Assembly: GCA_965117015.1 (NCBI GenBank)
Contig: OZ220747.1
Coordinates: 457,812-521,811 of the forward strand
Reading direction: 5' to 3'
Source of the DNA: Acidimicrobiales bacterium
GTDB lineage: Bacteria; Actinomycetota; Acidimicrobiia; Acidimicrobiales; Aldehydirespiratoraceae
DNA length: 64,000 bases
Part shown: positions 1-9,495 of the stretch, piece after piece
How the letters are laid out: each line of letters starts with the position of its first letter
How positions within the stretch are numbered: the first letter of the stretch is position 1
The notes under the pieces: generated by a model
The model's input: the letters and a program-made list of their open reading frames with translations, nothing else
The model's database searches: none
Told to the model about the DNA's origin: nothing
Translations under genes and position numbers: made by a program

Positions 1-834
1 GAGCATCCCGCCCAGCGACACCGTCACCCAGGCCGGAGCGTTGCGACGCTGCAGGGCGAGCATCAACCCGCCCATGACGGCGCCCGCGATGAGCCCACCG
101 AAGTGGCCGCCTATCGACACCCGTGGCACCAGCAGGGTGAAGACGATGTTGAGCATCAGCAGCGGAGCCAGCGGCGTGCGCCAGATACTTCCGCCGATGG
201 CCCGCTGGACTAGCACCGTGGCCCCCATCAGGCCGAACACGGCCCCCGAGGCTCCGACCGTCGGCGAATTCGGCGACAGCAACAGCACTCCGAACGCGCC
301 GCCGAGCATCGACACGACGAACAGCGACAGGAACCGGGCACGCCCGAACCCGGCCTCGAGGATCTGCCCGAGGATCCACAGGACGTACATGTTGAAGGCC
401 AGATGGAAGATGCCGTCGTGGAGGAAGGCGGACGTGACCAGCCGGTAGTACTCACCGGTGTCCACTCCGATCAGCTTGAACTCGAAGCCGTCGATGAGCC
501 GGGCCCGAGCGAACAGGCCACCGTCGATGAGCAATCCCTGGTCGATCCGGGTGATGCCGCTGGCCGAGCGGCTCAGGACCACCGAGTACAGGAAGGCCAG
601 CCCGTTCAATGCAAGGAGAATCTGAGTGACCACCGGGCGTGAGGAACTCATCACCATGCGTGGCCGAGCGGTCATCGACGTTGAGCCGCGCGGGGCCGCG
701 CACTCGGGGCAGTGGAAGCCGACTGACGCCTGGTGCATGCAGTCCGGGCAGATGGGGCGCTCACAACGCTGGCAGATGACCCCGCCGCGGCGGTCGGGGT
801 GCCGGTAGCAGCGGCGCTCAGGGGGCCGGGGCAC
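1..834 (-). CDS. rhomboid family intramembrane serine protease with N-terminal zinc ribbon (3' end runs off the window)
   Basis: Own translation of the minus strand; the ORF is open-ended, so it is absent from the track. GTG at 834, then PRPPERRCYRHPDRRGGVICQRCERPICPDCM..VGFHCPEC (4-Cys ribbon). Rhomboid motifs HLAFNMYVLWILGQ (420-379) and GASGAVFGLMGA (255-220) are in the same frame, which stays open to position 1. Confidence 0.85.
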   Translation of the reverse strand, partial: MPRPPERRCYRHPDRRGGVICQRCERPICPDCMHQASVGFHCPECAAPRGSTSMTARPRMVMSSSRPVVTQILLALNGLAFLYSVVLSRSASGITRIDQGLLIDGGLFARARLIDGFEFKLIGVDTGEYYRLVTSAFLHDGIFHLAFNMYVLWILGQILEAGFGRARFLSLFVVSMLGGAFGVLLLSPNSPTVGASGAVFGLMGATVLVQRAIGGSIWRTPLAPLLMLNIVFTLLVPRVSIGGHFGGLIAGAVMGGLMLALQRRNAPAWVTVSLGGML

Positions 835-870
835 GACCTCCGGCGTGTCGCTCACAGCGCGGCCCAAGGT

Positions 871-1215
871 CTACAGCGAGACGAACGTCTCGCTCATGCC
901 CAGGGCGTTGACCTCGACCACCTCGGTCACGCCGGGCACGCGGTCCCGCATGATCCGCTCGATGCCGGCCTTGAGGGTCTGGGTGGACGCCGGGCAGGTG
1001 ACGCAGGCGCCGAAGAGTTCGACGGTGACGATCCCGGTGGACTCGTCCACATCGATGAGATCGATGTCTCCCTCGTCGGCCTGGATGGCCGGCCGGATGA
1101 TCTCGATGATCCGCTCCACTTCCGCCTGCACGGGCCCAGTCTCGCAGCGCCCGGCCCCAACTCCGACCCCGCCCCCTCGTAGGCTCGCGGGATGGGCCTG
1201 ACGGTGCTGGCACAT
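871..1215 (-). CDS. NifU-like (Nfu-type) Fe-S cluster assembly domain protein; start uncertain (ATG 1215 or GTG 1131)
   Basis: ORF track 114 aa. Sequence VERIIEIIRPAIQADEGDIDLIDVD..VTVELFGACVTCPASTQTLKAGIERIM is typical of the NifU C-terminal domain, including its CxxC. Confidence 0.8.
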   Translation of the reverse strand: MCQHRQAHPASLRGGGVGVGAGRCETGPVQAEVERIIEIIRPAIQADEGDIDLIDVDESTGIVTVELFGACVTCPASTQTLKAGIERIMRDRVPGVTEVVEVNALGMSETFVSL

Positions 1216-1338
1216 CAGGGCGGATGGGATGAGGCGCTGCTCGTGGCCGGGCCGCTGTTGCTGTTCGCCGGCATCGTCTGGAACGCCAAGCGGCGGGCGG
1301 TCAAGCAGTCCCAGACCAACCCGGGCCCCGATGAGTGA
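1192..1338 (+). CDS. possible small membrane protein (48 aa), speculative
   Basis: Own translation: MGLTVLAHQGGWDEALLVAGPLLLFAGIVWNAKRRAVKQSQTNPGPDE, with one hydrophobic helix. TAGGCT lies 6 nt upstream of the ATG (leaderless-type -10). Too short for the ORF track, and it would overlap the nifU ORF if that starts at 1215. Confidence 0.2.
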   Translation: MGLTVLAHQGGWDEALLVAGPLLLFAGIVWNAKRRAVKQSQTNPGPDE

Positions 1339-1356
1339 CCTGCCGGTCTTCCCGGC

Positions 1357-2634
1357 CTATTCGGCCCGCACGTCGGCGCCGAGCGACGCCAGGTCGCCGG
1401 CCAAGTCCTCGTAGCCTCGGGCCACATGATGGGCGTCGGTCACCACGGTGGGCCCGTCGGCACCGAGCCCGGCGACCGCCAGTGCGGCCCCGGCCCGGAT
1501 GTCGTGGGCTCGCACCGGTGCTCCCGAGAGCCTCTCCACGCCCCGCACCACTGCGTGGTGGGCGTCGGTGCGGATGTCGGCCCCCATGCGGCGCAACTCG
1601 TCGACGTAGCGGAACCGCCCCGGGAACAGGTTCTCGGTCACGATGCCCACACCCGAGGCGGTCGCCATCATCACCACCAGGAAGGGCAGGTGGTCGGTGG
1701 CCACGCCCGGGTAGGGCAGCGTGGAGCAGTCCACCGAGTCGAGGCGGCGCGGCGCTATGGCCCGGATGCCGTCGGTGTCCGGGGTGATCAGCATCCCCAT
1801 CTCGGTCAGCTTGTGGCAGAGCAATTCCATGTGGTCGTAGCGGGCGCCGGCCACGAGCACGTCTCCGGAGGCCACGCCCAGCGCGGCCAGGTAGGTGGCC
1901 GCCACTATCCGGTCGGGAATGACCGAGTGGTCGGCGGCCTGAAGGAACTGGGCTGTCCCCGCTCCTTCGACGACGAGCGTGGACGAGCCGGCGCCCGAAA
2001 CGCGGGCTCCCATGCGGACCAGGAACCGGCAGAGGTCGGATATCTCCGGCTCGCGGGCCGCGTTGTCGATCACGGTGGTGCCCTTGGCCGCCACCGCGGC
2101 CATCAGCAGGTTCTCGGTAGCTCCCACGCTGGGGAACTCGAGCACCACCCGGCCTCCGAGCAGCTCGGTTGCGGAGGCCTCGATGTAGCCGTGCACGACA
2201 TCGACCTGCGCGCCCAGCTCGACGAGGCCGCTCACGTGCATGTCGATGGGCCGGGGACCGAAGTCGTCGCCCCCGGGCAGGGCCACTCTGGCCTCGCCGC
2301 AGCGGGCCAGCATGGGCCCGAGCACGACGACCGAAGCCCGGAACCGCTCCACGATGTCATAGGGGGCCACCGGGGTGATCTCGGCAGGCACGTCGATGCG
2401 GATCGCCGCGTCCTCGGTCGGATCCCACTCAACGGTGCACCCCACGGCCCGCAGGAGCTCGGCCATGAGGTCCACATCGACGATGCGGGGCACGTTGCTG
2501 AGGCGGTAGGTGCCTTCGGCCAGCAGCGTGGCCGCCATGAGCTTGAGCACCGAGTTCTTGGCTCCGGCCACAGCAACAGTGCCCTCCAGCGGGGGGCCGG
2601 AGCGAACGACTATCCGCTCGATCGCCACCCTCAA
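1357..2634 (-). CDS. murA: UDP-N-acetylglucosamine 1-carboxyvinyltransferase
   Basis: 425-aa ORF. N-terminus GPPLEGTVAVAGAKNSVLKLMAATLLAEGTYRLSNVPRIVDV and full-length MurA-like sequence. Confidence 0.95.
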   Translation of the reverse strand: MRVAIERIVVRSGPPLEGTVAVAGAKNSVLKLMAATLLAEGTYRLSNVPRIVDVDLMAELLRAVGCTVEWDPTEDAAIRIDVPAEITPVAPYDIVERFRASVVVLGPMLARCGEARVALPGGDDFGPRPIDMHVSGLVELGAQVDVVHGYIEASATELLGGRVVLEFPSVGATENLLMAAVAAKGTTVIDNAAREPEISDLCRFLVRMGARVSGAGSSTLVVEGAGTAQFLQAADHSVIPDRIVAATYLAALGVASGDVLVAGARYDHMELLCHKLTEMGMLITPDTDGIRAIAPRRLDSVDCSTLPYPGVATDHLPFLVVMMATASGVGIVTENLFPGRFRYVDELRRMGADIRTDAHHAVVRGVERLSGAPVRAHDIRAGAALAVAGLGADGPTVVTDAHHVARGYEDLAGDLASLGADVRAE

Positions 2635-2656
2635 AGCCTATGACCGCGGAGGCTCG

Positions 2657-4267
2657 ATGACCGTCTTGCGCATCGTGCGGCGCGGCGGCGCGGCCGAGAT
2701 GGAGCGCCAACGGGCCGTTCTGCGAGAGCCGCGGCGCGACCTCGTGGCCGAACGAGCGGTGGCCGACGACCGCTTTGAGGCCGTAGGCGGCCCTTTCCGG
2801 CACTACGAGCGCCGCCTGCAGCTGACGGGGCTCGATCTGGGCGAATCCGGCGGCGCCGACGGCGAGCGAGACGGCGGACGGTACGAGCTCGTCGAGACCA
2901 CCACCTACCGGCTGGCGGTGCCGGTGTGGGCCTGGCTGTTCCACTTCCCGGTAAGGCACGCGCTACGGCACCGCAAGGAGGTCTACGGCTACTGGTGGGC
3001 ACCCCCCGACCGGATCGACGCCCGCGCCTCGGCCGTGCTGGGCCTGCTGTGCACCGTCCAAGTACTGGACGGTTACCTGGGCACCGTCCTCTCCCAGACC
3101 CTCACGTTCGCGGCCGACGAGTTCGGCCACGGCAATACCGCCCAGGGGATCGTGCTGGCCGTGGTCCGCGTCGGCGTGCTGGTCGCGCTGGCCAGCGTGG
3201 CCCTGGCCGACCGCCATGGCCGGAGACGCCTGCTGCTGGCGACCGGGGTGGCCAGCTGTGTCGTCACCGCGGTCGGGGCGCTGTCACCGGGACTGTGGTT
3301 CCTGGGAGCCACGCAGTTGCTGGCCCGGGGGCTGTCGACCGCTCTGGGGATCCTCATCGTGATCCTCGCCGCCGAGGAGATGCCGGCCCGGTCGAGGGCG
3401 TGGGCGATGTCGGTGCTGGTGCTGTGCGCCGGACTGGGCTCCGGTATGGCGGTGTGGGTGCTGCCGGTGGCCGACCTGCACATCTCGGCCTGGCGCGCGG
3501 TGTACGTAGTGCCGCTGGCCGGTGTGGCCGTCATGGCCTGGGTGGGACGGCACCTGCCCGAGAGCCGCCGTTTCGAGATCGCTGGCCCCGGATTCCCGCC
3601 CCGCGACGACCGCCCGGCCAGCATCGCCTCCGATGCCGAAGCCGCCGAGCGTCGGCGCAGGCGGCTGGCGCTGCTGGCGGCCTCGGCGTTCCTGATCGCC
3701 ATGTTCGCCGCTCCGGCTTCGGGGCTGCGCAACGACTTCCTCAAGGACGAGCGGGAGTTCTCCGCCGCAGCCATCTCACTGTTCACCGTGGTCACCAACA
3801 CCCCGATCGGCATCGGCGTCCTCGCAGGCGGCTATCTGGCCGACCGGCGGGGCCGCCGTCCCGTCGGCGCGGCCGGCCTGGTGGCGGGCGCGGTGTTCGT
3901 TGCGTGGGCCTATTTCACCGACGGTGCCGCGTTGTGGTCGCTGACCCTGGCCGGAGGGGTGCTGGGCGCGGTGGCTGTGCCCGCGCTGGCCGTCTACGGG
4001 CCGGAGCTGTTCGGCACCTACCGGCGTGGCCGGGCCAACGGACTGATAGTCACTGTCGGCGTGGCCGGCAGCGCCCTGGGTCTCTTCGTGGCCGGGTGGC
4101 TGTCCGACGCGCTCGATGGGCGTCTGGGTCCTGCCCTGGCCCTCCTGGCGGTCGGTCCGTTGGCGGTGGCCGCCCTAGTCGTGTGGAAGTACCCCGAGAC
4201 CGCCGGCCAGGAACTCGAGGAGCTCAATCCCGAGGACCGGGACCCGGGCGATCCGCCGGCCGGCTAG
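2657..4267 (+). CDS. MFS transporter with about 130-aa non-membrane N-terminal extension
   Basis: The track ORF 2510-4267 overlaps murA, so the first non-overlapping ATG (2657) is used. Multiple hydrophobic helices and MFS-like loops ([21 protein letters not shown]). Confidence 0.8.
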   Translation: MTVLRIVRRGGAAEMERQRAVLREPRRDLVAERAVADDRFEAVGGPFRHYERRLQLTGLDLGESGGADGERDGGRYELVETTTYRLAVPVWAWLFHFPVRHALRHRKEVYGYWWAPPDRIDARASAVLGLLCTVQVLDGYLGTVLSQTLTFAADEFGHGNTAQGIVLAVVRVGVLVALASVALADRHGRRRLLLATGVASCVVTAVGALSPGLWFLGATQLLARGLSTALGILIVILAAEEMPARSRAWAMSVLVLCAGLGSGMAVWVLPVADLHISAWRAVYVVPLAGVAVMAWVGRHLPESRRFEIAGPGFPPRDDRPASIASDAEAAERRRRRLALLAASAFLIAMFAAPASGLRNDFLKDEREFSAAAISLFTVVTNTPIGIGVLAGGYLADRRGRRPVGAAGLVAGAVFVAWAYFTDGAALWSLTLAGGVLGAVAVPALAVYGPELFGTYRRGRANGLIVTVGVAGSALGLFVAGWLSDALDGRLGPALALLAVGPLAVAALVVWKYPETAGQELEELNPEDRDPGDPPAG

Positions 4268-5520
4268 TCCTCGGTGTCGAGCCCCGGGTAGGGAGGCTTG
4301 GCCGCGCAGAGTTCCTTGGCGTCGGCCCTCACGGCTGCTACCGCGGCCTCGTCGGTGCGGTTGCGCAGCGCCCTGGAGATGAGGTCGGCGATGGTGGCCA
4401 TGTCGTCGGTGTCCATGCCCTGGGTGGTGACCGCAGGCGTGCCGATACGGACACCGGAAGTGACGAAGGGCGATCGGGGGTCGTCGGGGACCGTGTTCTT
4501 GTTGAGGCTGATGCCGGCGGCGTCGAGGGTGGCCTGGGCCTCCTTGCCGGTCAGGTCGGGATCGAAGGTACGCAGGTCCACCAGCATCAGATGGTTGTCG
4601 GTGCCGCCCGAGACCAGCCGGAACCCGTGCCCGGCCAGCGCCGACGCCAGGGCTCGGGAGTTCTCCACGATGCGGGCCGCGTAGTCGGCGAACTCGTCGG
4701 TGGCTGCCTCGGCGAAGGCCACCGCCTTGGCCGCCACCGCGTGGTCGAGCGGGCCGCCCTGGATGCCGGGGAACATGGCCTTGTCCACCGCCGGCGCGTA
4801 GTCGGAGCGGCAGATGATGGCGCCGCCCCGGGGCCCTCGCAGGGTCTTGTGGGTGGTGAACGTCACCACATCCGCGAACTCAGTCGGGTTGGGGTGCACG
4901 CCGCCTGCGATCAGCCCTGCGATGTGGGCCGCGTCGAACATGAGCAGCGCTCCGGACTCGTCGGCGATCTCCCGCAGCGGCTCGGGATGGATGAGGCGGG
5001 GGTAGGCGGTGGCGCCGGCCACGATCAGCTTGGGCCGCTCGGCCAGGGCGAGGTCGCGCAGCTGGTCCATGTCGATCCGCTCGTCGCTGGCGGTGACCCC
5101 GTAGGACACGAACCGGTACTGCAGACCCGAGAAGTTGACCGGGGACCCGTGGGTGAGGTGCCCGCCGTGGTCGAGGCTCATGCCCAGCACAGTGTCGCCC
5201 GCCTCGATGAGGGCGTGGTAGGCGCCCATGTTGGCGATGGCGCCGGCGTGGGGCTGCACGTTGGCGTGATCGGAGCCGAACAGCTCGCAGGCCCGGCGGC
5301 GGGCCAGGTCCTCGACTTCGTCGACCACCATGTTGCCGCCGTAGTAGCGGCGACCGGGATACCCCTCGCTGTACTTGTTGGTGAACACCGATCCGGTGGC
5401 GGCCATCACCGCCGGGCTGGCGAAGTTCTCTGAGGCGATGAGCTGGATGGTGGTGTTCTGGCGGTGAACCTCTCGACGCATCAGGTCGAAGACCGCCTCG
5501 TCAGCGGTGGGCCAGGGCAT
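4264..5520 (-). CDS. glyA: serine hydroxymethyltransferase
   Basis: 418 aa. [36 protein letters not shown] and [12 protein letters not shown] motifs. Confidence 0.95.
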   Translation of the reverse strand: MPWPTADEAVFDLMRREVHRQNTTIQLIASENFASPAVMAATGSVFTNKYSEGYPGRRYYGGNMVVDEVEDLARRRACELFGSDHANVQPHAGAIANMGAYHALIEAGDTVLGMSLDHGGHLTHGSPVNFSGLQYRFVSYGVTASDERIDMDQLRDLALAERPKLIVAGATAYPRLIHPEPLREIADESGALLMFDAAHIAGLIAGGVHPNPTEFADVVTFTTHKTLRGPRGGAIICRSDYAPAVDKAMFPGIQGGPLDHAVAAKAVAFAEAATDEFADYAARIVENSRALASALAGHGFRLVSGGTDNHLMLVDLRTFDPDLTGKEAQATLDAAGISLNKNTVPDDPRSPFVTSGVRIGTPAVTTQGMDTDDMATIADLISRALRNRTDEAAVAAVRADAKELCAAKPPYPGLDTED

Positions 5521-5623
5521 TGATTCCTCGATTCGGTTCGGTTGGGCTCTGATTCAGAACCGATTGCCGCGCCGCACCGTAGCGAAGCACGAAGGGCAAG
5601 CGGCGCCGCGCCTGTCGTGAAGA

Positions 5624-6076
5624 TCAGCCAGAGTTGCCGAGCGCGTCAAGCTTGGCGATGCGTGCCTGGTGGCGGCCACCGTCGAAACCAGCAGCCAGCC
5701 AGGCGTCGAGCGCCTCACGGGCCACCTCGGCACCGGTGAGCCGCTCGCCTATGCACAGCACGTTGGCGTCGTTGTGGGCCCGGGCCAGGCGAGCCGAGGT
5801 CACGTCGTAGGCCACCGCGGCCCGCACGCCCGCGACCTTGTTGGCCGCCATGGCGATCCCGTTGCCGCTGCCGCACACGCACACGCCCAGATCAGCCTGG
5901 CCCTCGGCGACGGCCCGGCCCACTGCCGCGCCGAAGTCTGGATAGTCCACCCTGTCGTCGGAGTGGGTGCCGCAGTCGGTCACATCGTGGCCGGAGGCCC
6001 GCAGATGCTCGGCCAACGCCTGCTTGAGCCCGTAGCCGGCATGGTCGGCCCCCACCGCGATCCTCACGACCGCCAT
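5624..6076 (-). CDS. rpiB: ribose-5-phosphate isomerase B
   Basis: [18 protein letters not shown]...[23 protein letters not shown]. Start taken at the internal ATG (6076) of the 176-aa track ORF. Confidence 0.9.
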   Translation of the reverse strand: MAVVRIAVGADHAGYGLKQALAEHLRASGHDVTDCGTHSDDRVDYPDFGAAVGRAVAEGQADLGVCVCGSGNGIAMAANKVAGVRAAVAYDVTSARLARAHNDANVLCIGERLTGAEVAREALDAWLAAGFDGGRHQARIAKLDALGNSG

Positions 6077-6193
6077 CCTAGGTCTCCGAGCCGCCCCGGT
6101 GGACGTAGAGGGACTGGATCCCGAATTGGCAGCGGAGAAGGCCGTTTCGGGCACTCACAGCTGCCAATTCGCTAACTGCGGTGACTCAGCCTC

Positions 6194-6817
6194 TCAGACC
6201 TGCACCACAGCCAGGATCTCGTCGAGGCTGATCGGACCCTCGCGCAGCACTGTTGGGGTCGACCCGGTCACGTCCGCGACCGTGGACGACGCGCCGGGGC
6301 GGGGGCCGCCGTCGACGACGAGGCCCAGGGTCGGGAACAGCTCGGCCACGCCTCCAGCGGTGGACGGGGTGGGGCCGCCGTGGAGGTTGGCGCTGGTGAC
6401 GGCCAGCGGCCCCGGGCCGGCGATGGCCCGCATGATGTCGTTGTCGGGCACGCGCACCCCGATGGTGTCACCCGTCCCTAGGTGGGGGGGTGCGGAGGGG
6501 GTGCGGGCCGCCACGATGGTGAGTGGGCCGGGCCAGAAATGCTCGGCCAACCTCTTGGCCGGCCCATCGAGCTCCACCAACGCCGCGGCTGCGGACACGT
6601 CGGCGACCAGCACCGCGATGCTGCGGTCCGCAGGGCGCTCCTTGAGTTCGAAGAGCCGCTGGATCGCATCAGCGTCGCCGCCATCGGCAGCCAGTCCGTA
6701 GACGGTGTCCGTGGGAACACCGACCGGCTCGCCAGCCCTGAGTGCCACGAGGGCCGCGGCTGCCGCTGCGGCCAGCTCTTCAGGGTTGGTGACGGGCACC
6801 ACCCGGCCAGAACTCAT
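6194..6817 (-). CDS. tsaC: L-threonylcarbamoyladenylate synthase (YrdC/YwlC/Sua5 family)
   Basis: 207 aa. PTDTVYGLAAD, FWPGPLTIV and TSANLHGG motifs. Canonical position after prmC, with a 4-nt overlap. Confidence 0.85.
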   Translation of the reverse strand: MSSGRVVPVTNPEELAAAAAAALVALRAGEPVGVPTDTVYGLAADGGDADAIQRLFELKERPADRSIAVLVADVSAAAALVELDGPAKRLAEHFWPGPLTIVAARTPSAPPHLGTGDTIGVRVPDNDIMRAIAGPGPLAVTSANLHGGPTPSTAGGVAELFPTLGLVVDGGPRPGASSTVADVTGSTPTVLREGPISLDEILAVVQV

Positions 6818-7710
6818 GACAGGCGCGCTATCACGACCCGTTCCAGGCCGGCCAGATCACGCTCCACTCGCACGTCACAGAAACCGGCACCGGTGACGAG
6901 AACGGCCGACTCCGCAGCTCGATGGGACGCCACCTCCATGACTAGGGCCCCGCCCGGACGCAGCCACTCCGACGCTCCGCCGATCACCTGCTCGACGGCT
7001 TCGCGCCCGGTGGGCCCCGACCAGAGCGCCACGGGCGGCTCCCAGTCGGCCACCACCGGCGGCAGTTCCTCGCCGCTGCCGATGTAGGGCGGGTTCGACA
7101 CCACCACGTCGACCGATCCCCGCAGGGCGACGGGCAGGGCCTCGAACCAGTCGCCTGCGTGCAGGCTGACCCGGGTCGCGGCCCGTCCCAGGCCGGCAAG
7201 GTTCGCGCTGGCCACCGCCAGGGCGTCGCTGGACACGTCGGTGGCGAACACTCTGGCGACCGGGCACTCGACCGCCACCGACAGCGCGATGGCGCCCGAG
7301 CCGGTGCCCAGGTCCACAACCACCACGTCGCGGTCACCGCGCCCATCACTCGAGAGCCTGGCCACCTCGTCTACGGCCCAGCCCGCAACGACCTCGGTCT
7401 CCGGCCGGGGGATGAGCACCCGTCGGTCGACCATCAGGTCGAGGGTCCTGAAGCTCCACGAGCCCACCACGTACTGCAACGGCTCGCCCGCGGCCCGTCG
7501 TTCCAGCATCGAGAAGAACCAAGTCGCGGCCCGTTGCGTGGCCGGCTCGTCGAGGACGCTCTCATACTCCGCGGGAGCTGCCCCGGCCGCGGCCTCCACG
7601 ATGCGCCGGGCGTCGATGTCGGGCGAGTCCACCCCGTCGGTTCCGGCCAGGCGCTGCCGCGCCTCCTCGAAGAGGCTGCGCCAGCGGACGGCATCGACAG
7701 TGGAGACCAC
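6814..7710 (-). CDS. prmC: peptide chain release factor N(5)-glutamine methyltransferase
   Basis: 298 aa. VDLGTGSGAIAL SAM motif and VVSNPPYI (NPPY). Lies directly downstream of prfA. Confidence 0.9.
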   Translation of the reverse strand: MVSTVDAVRWRSLFEEARQRLAGTDGVDSPDIDARRIVEAAAGAAPAEYESVLDEPATQRAATWFFSMLERRAAGEPLQYVVGSWSFRTLDLMVDRRVLIPRPETEVVAGWAVDEVARLSSDGRGDRDVVVVDLGTGSGAIALSVAVECPVARVFATDVSSDALAVASANLAGLGRAATRVSLHAGDWFEALPVALRGSVDVVVSNPPYIGSGEELPPVVADWEPPVALWSGPTGREAVEQVIGGASEWLRPGGALVMEVASHRAAESAVLVTGAGFCDVRVERDLAGLERVVIARLS

Positions 7711-7727
7711 CGGGATCCCGCTCGGCC

Positions 7728-8798
7728 TCAGCCGCTCTCGCCGTCGGCCAGCAGCGTGCGCTGCTCGTCCTGCACCAGGGCGTCGCTCAACTCGTCGAGC
7801 TCGCCAGCGAGCACCCGGTCGAGCTTGTAGAGGGTGAGCCCGATGCGATGGTCGGTGACCCGGTTCTCCTTCATGTTGTAGGTGCGGATCTTCTCGGATC
7901 GGTCGCCGCCGCCCACCTGACCCCGGCGCATGGCCGACTGCTCGGCGGAGGCTCGGTCGTGCTCGGCCTGCAGCAGCCGCGACCGCAGCACCCTCATCGC
8001 CTTCTGCTTGTTCTGGAGCTGGCTCTTCTCGTCCTGCATGGCCACCACCAGGCCGCTGGGCAGGTGGGTTATCCGCACCGCCGAGTCGGTGGTGTTCACC
8101 GACTGTCCACCCGGTCCCGACGAGCGGAAGACATCGACCTGCAGGTCGGCATCGTCGATCTGCACATCGACTTCCTCGGCCTCGGGCAGCACCGAGACCG
8201 TCGCCGACGACGTGTGGACCCGGCCCTGCGACTCGGTCACCGGAACCCGCTGCACCCGGTGGGTGCCCGCTTCGTGCTTCATGCGGGTCCAGGCCTGATC
8301 GCCCGAGATGAGCCCGCTCACCTCCGTGTATCCCCCGAGGCCCGTGGGCGAGGCGGCCAGCGGCTCGAGCTTCCAGCGCTGCCGCTTGGCGAAGGCCTGG
8401 TACATGCCGAACAGGTCGCGGGCGAAGAGGTTGGCCTCCTCGCCGCCGGCCGCGCCGCGTATCTCGACGATCACGTTGCGGCCCTCGTTGGGGTCGGGCG
8501 GGAGCAGCAGGACCCTCAGTTCCTCGGTGGCCGCGGCCACGGCTGCTTCGAGTTCGTCGATCATCTCACGCAGGTCGGCCCTCTCGGCTGCGTCGGCCGC
8601 GCTGTGCATGCGGCGAGCCTCGTCGAGGTCGTCCTGGACTGAGCGGAGCCGCTGTCCGGTGGCCACGATCTCGCTGAGCTGCTTGTGGCGGCGGCCCAAC
8701 TCGGCCAGACGGCGCGGGTCGGACTGCACCGCGGGGTCACCCAGGCGCATCTCCACATCTCGCAGCTCGTTCTCGAGGCCGGCGATCCGCTCCAGCAT
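7728..8798 (-). CDS. prfA: peptide chain release factor 1
   Basis: 356 aa. [23 protein letters not shown] (GGQ motif) and RF1-type sequence throughout. Confidence 0.95.
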   Translation of the reverse strand: MLERIAGLENELRDVEMRLGDPAVQSDPRRLAELGRRHKQLSEIVATGQRLRSVQDDLDEARRMHSAADAAERADLREMIDELEAAVAAATEELRVLLLPPDPNEGRNVIVEIRGAAGGEEANLFARDLFGMYQAFAKRQRWKLEPLAASPTGLGGYTEVSGLISGDQAWTRMKHEAGTHRVQRVPVTESQGRVHTSSATVSVLPEAEEVDVQIDDADLQVDVFRSSGPGGQSVNTTDSAVRITHLPSGLVVAMQDEKSQLQNKQKAMRVLRSRLLQAEHDRASAEQSAMRRGQVGGGDRSEKIRTYNMKENRVTDHRIGLTLYKLDRVLAGELDELSDALVQDEQRTLLADGESG

Positions 8799-8847
8799 GG
8801 TTCGAGACTACCGGCCCTACCGGTGCGCTCTGGGCGCCCCGCAAGGA

Positions 8848-9435
8848 TCAGAGCAGGGCCAGGAAGGAGTCGACCGCGGCCACAATCTCAACGTCGAACC
8901 GTGGCTTGGGGTTGTGGCCCTGGCCCTCGAGCCAGCGGATGGTCACCTCGCCGGAGATGGCTCCGATGTGGGCCGCGAACTCCTCGGGAGTGCCGAAGGG
9001 ATCCCGGTCGCCGTTCACAAGCAGCGTGGGCACGTCCATGCCGCTGAAGTGCTCGACCCGCAGTTTCTCGGGCTTGCCCGGCGGGTGCAGCGGGTAGCTG
9101 AGCAGCACCAGCCCGGCCGCGGGCAGCCCCCCGGCTACTGCCATGGAGCACATGCGACCCCCCATCGAGCGTCCTCCCAGCACGAGCCGGTCGGTGGTGG
9201 TGCCGAGATCGGAGGCGAACGCTTCGGACTCGGAGCGGACTGTCTCGATCAGCTTCGGTGCCCGGTCCGGGAACCGCCTGCCCTCACGCCTGTAGGGGAA
9301 CTCAATGCGGCGAACCGGCATGTCGAGGCCCTCCTTGAGGGCGACGAGCGTGTGCTGGTCGGCGCCTCCGCCCGCACCATGGGTCAACAGCAGCCCGGCC
9401 ACCGCGGTGGACCTGGATTCGGGGCCTGGCTGCAT
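8848..9435 (-). CDS. alpha/beta hydrolase (dienelactone-hydrolase-like, COG3571-type)
   Basis: LLLTHGAGGG...LVLGGRSMGGRM nucleophile elbow...NGDRDPFG...GQGH. Start taken at ATG 9435 inside the 239-aa track ORF. Confidence 0.7.
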   Translation of the reverse strand: MQPGPESRSTAVAGLLLTHGAGGGADQHTLVALKEGLDMPVRRIEFPYRREGRRFPDRAPKLIETVRSESEAFASDLGTTTDRLVLGGRSMGGRMCSMAVAGGLPAAGLVLLSYPLHPPGKPEKLRVEHFSGMDVPTLLVNGDRDPFGTPEEFAAHIGAISGEVTIRWLEGQGHNPKPRFDVEIVAAVDSFLALL

Positions 9436-9495
9436 CCCTCGAAGAATACGTTCGGATGACCGGCCTGCCTTCGGCGGCAGAACTAGCGTCCGACC

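Noticed and set aside
2926-5433. 835-aa plus-strand ORF, the longest in the track
   Set aside because: It is Arg/Gly/Pro-rich low-complexity sequence. It runs out of frame over the MFS gene and antisense to glyA, both of which have clear homology. This is a typical high-GC artefact.
5521-5623. Possible ZTP or folate-type riboswitch in the glyA leader
   Set aside because: The minus strand has CGACAGGCG, vaguely like the ZTP UGACUGGCG core. I could not find the obligatory downstream CCGCCUGGGC pseudoknot partner or the CCGGG element. Only a generic GC hairpin (GCGCCGC...GCGGCGC) is present.
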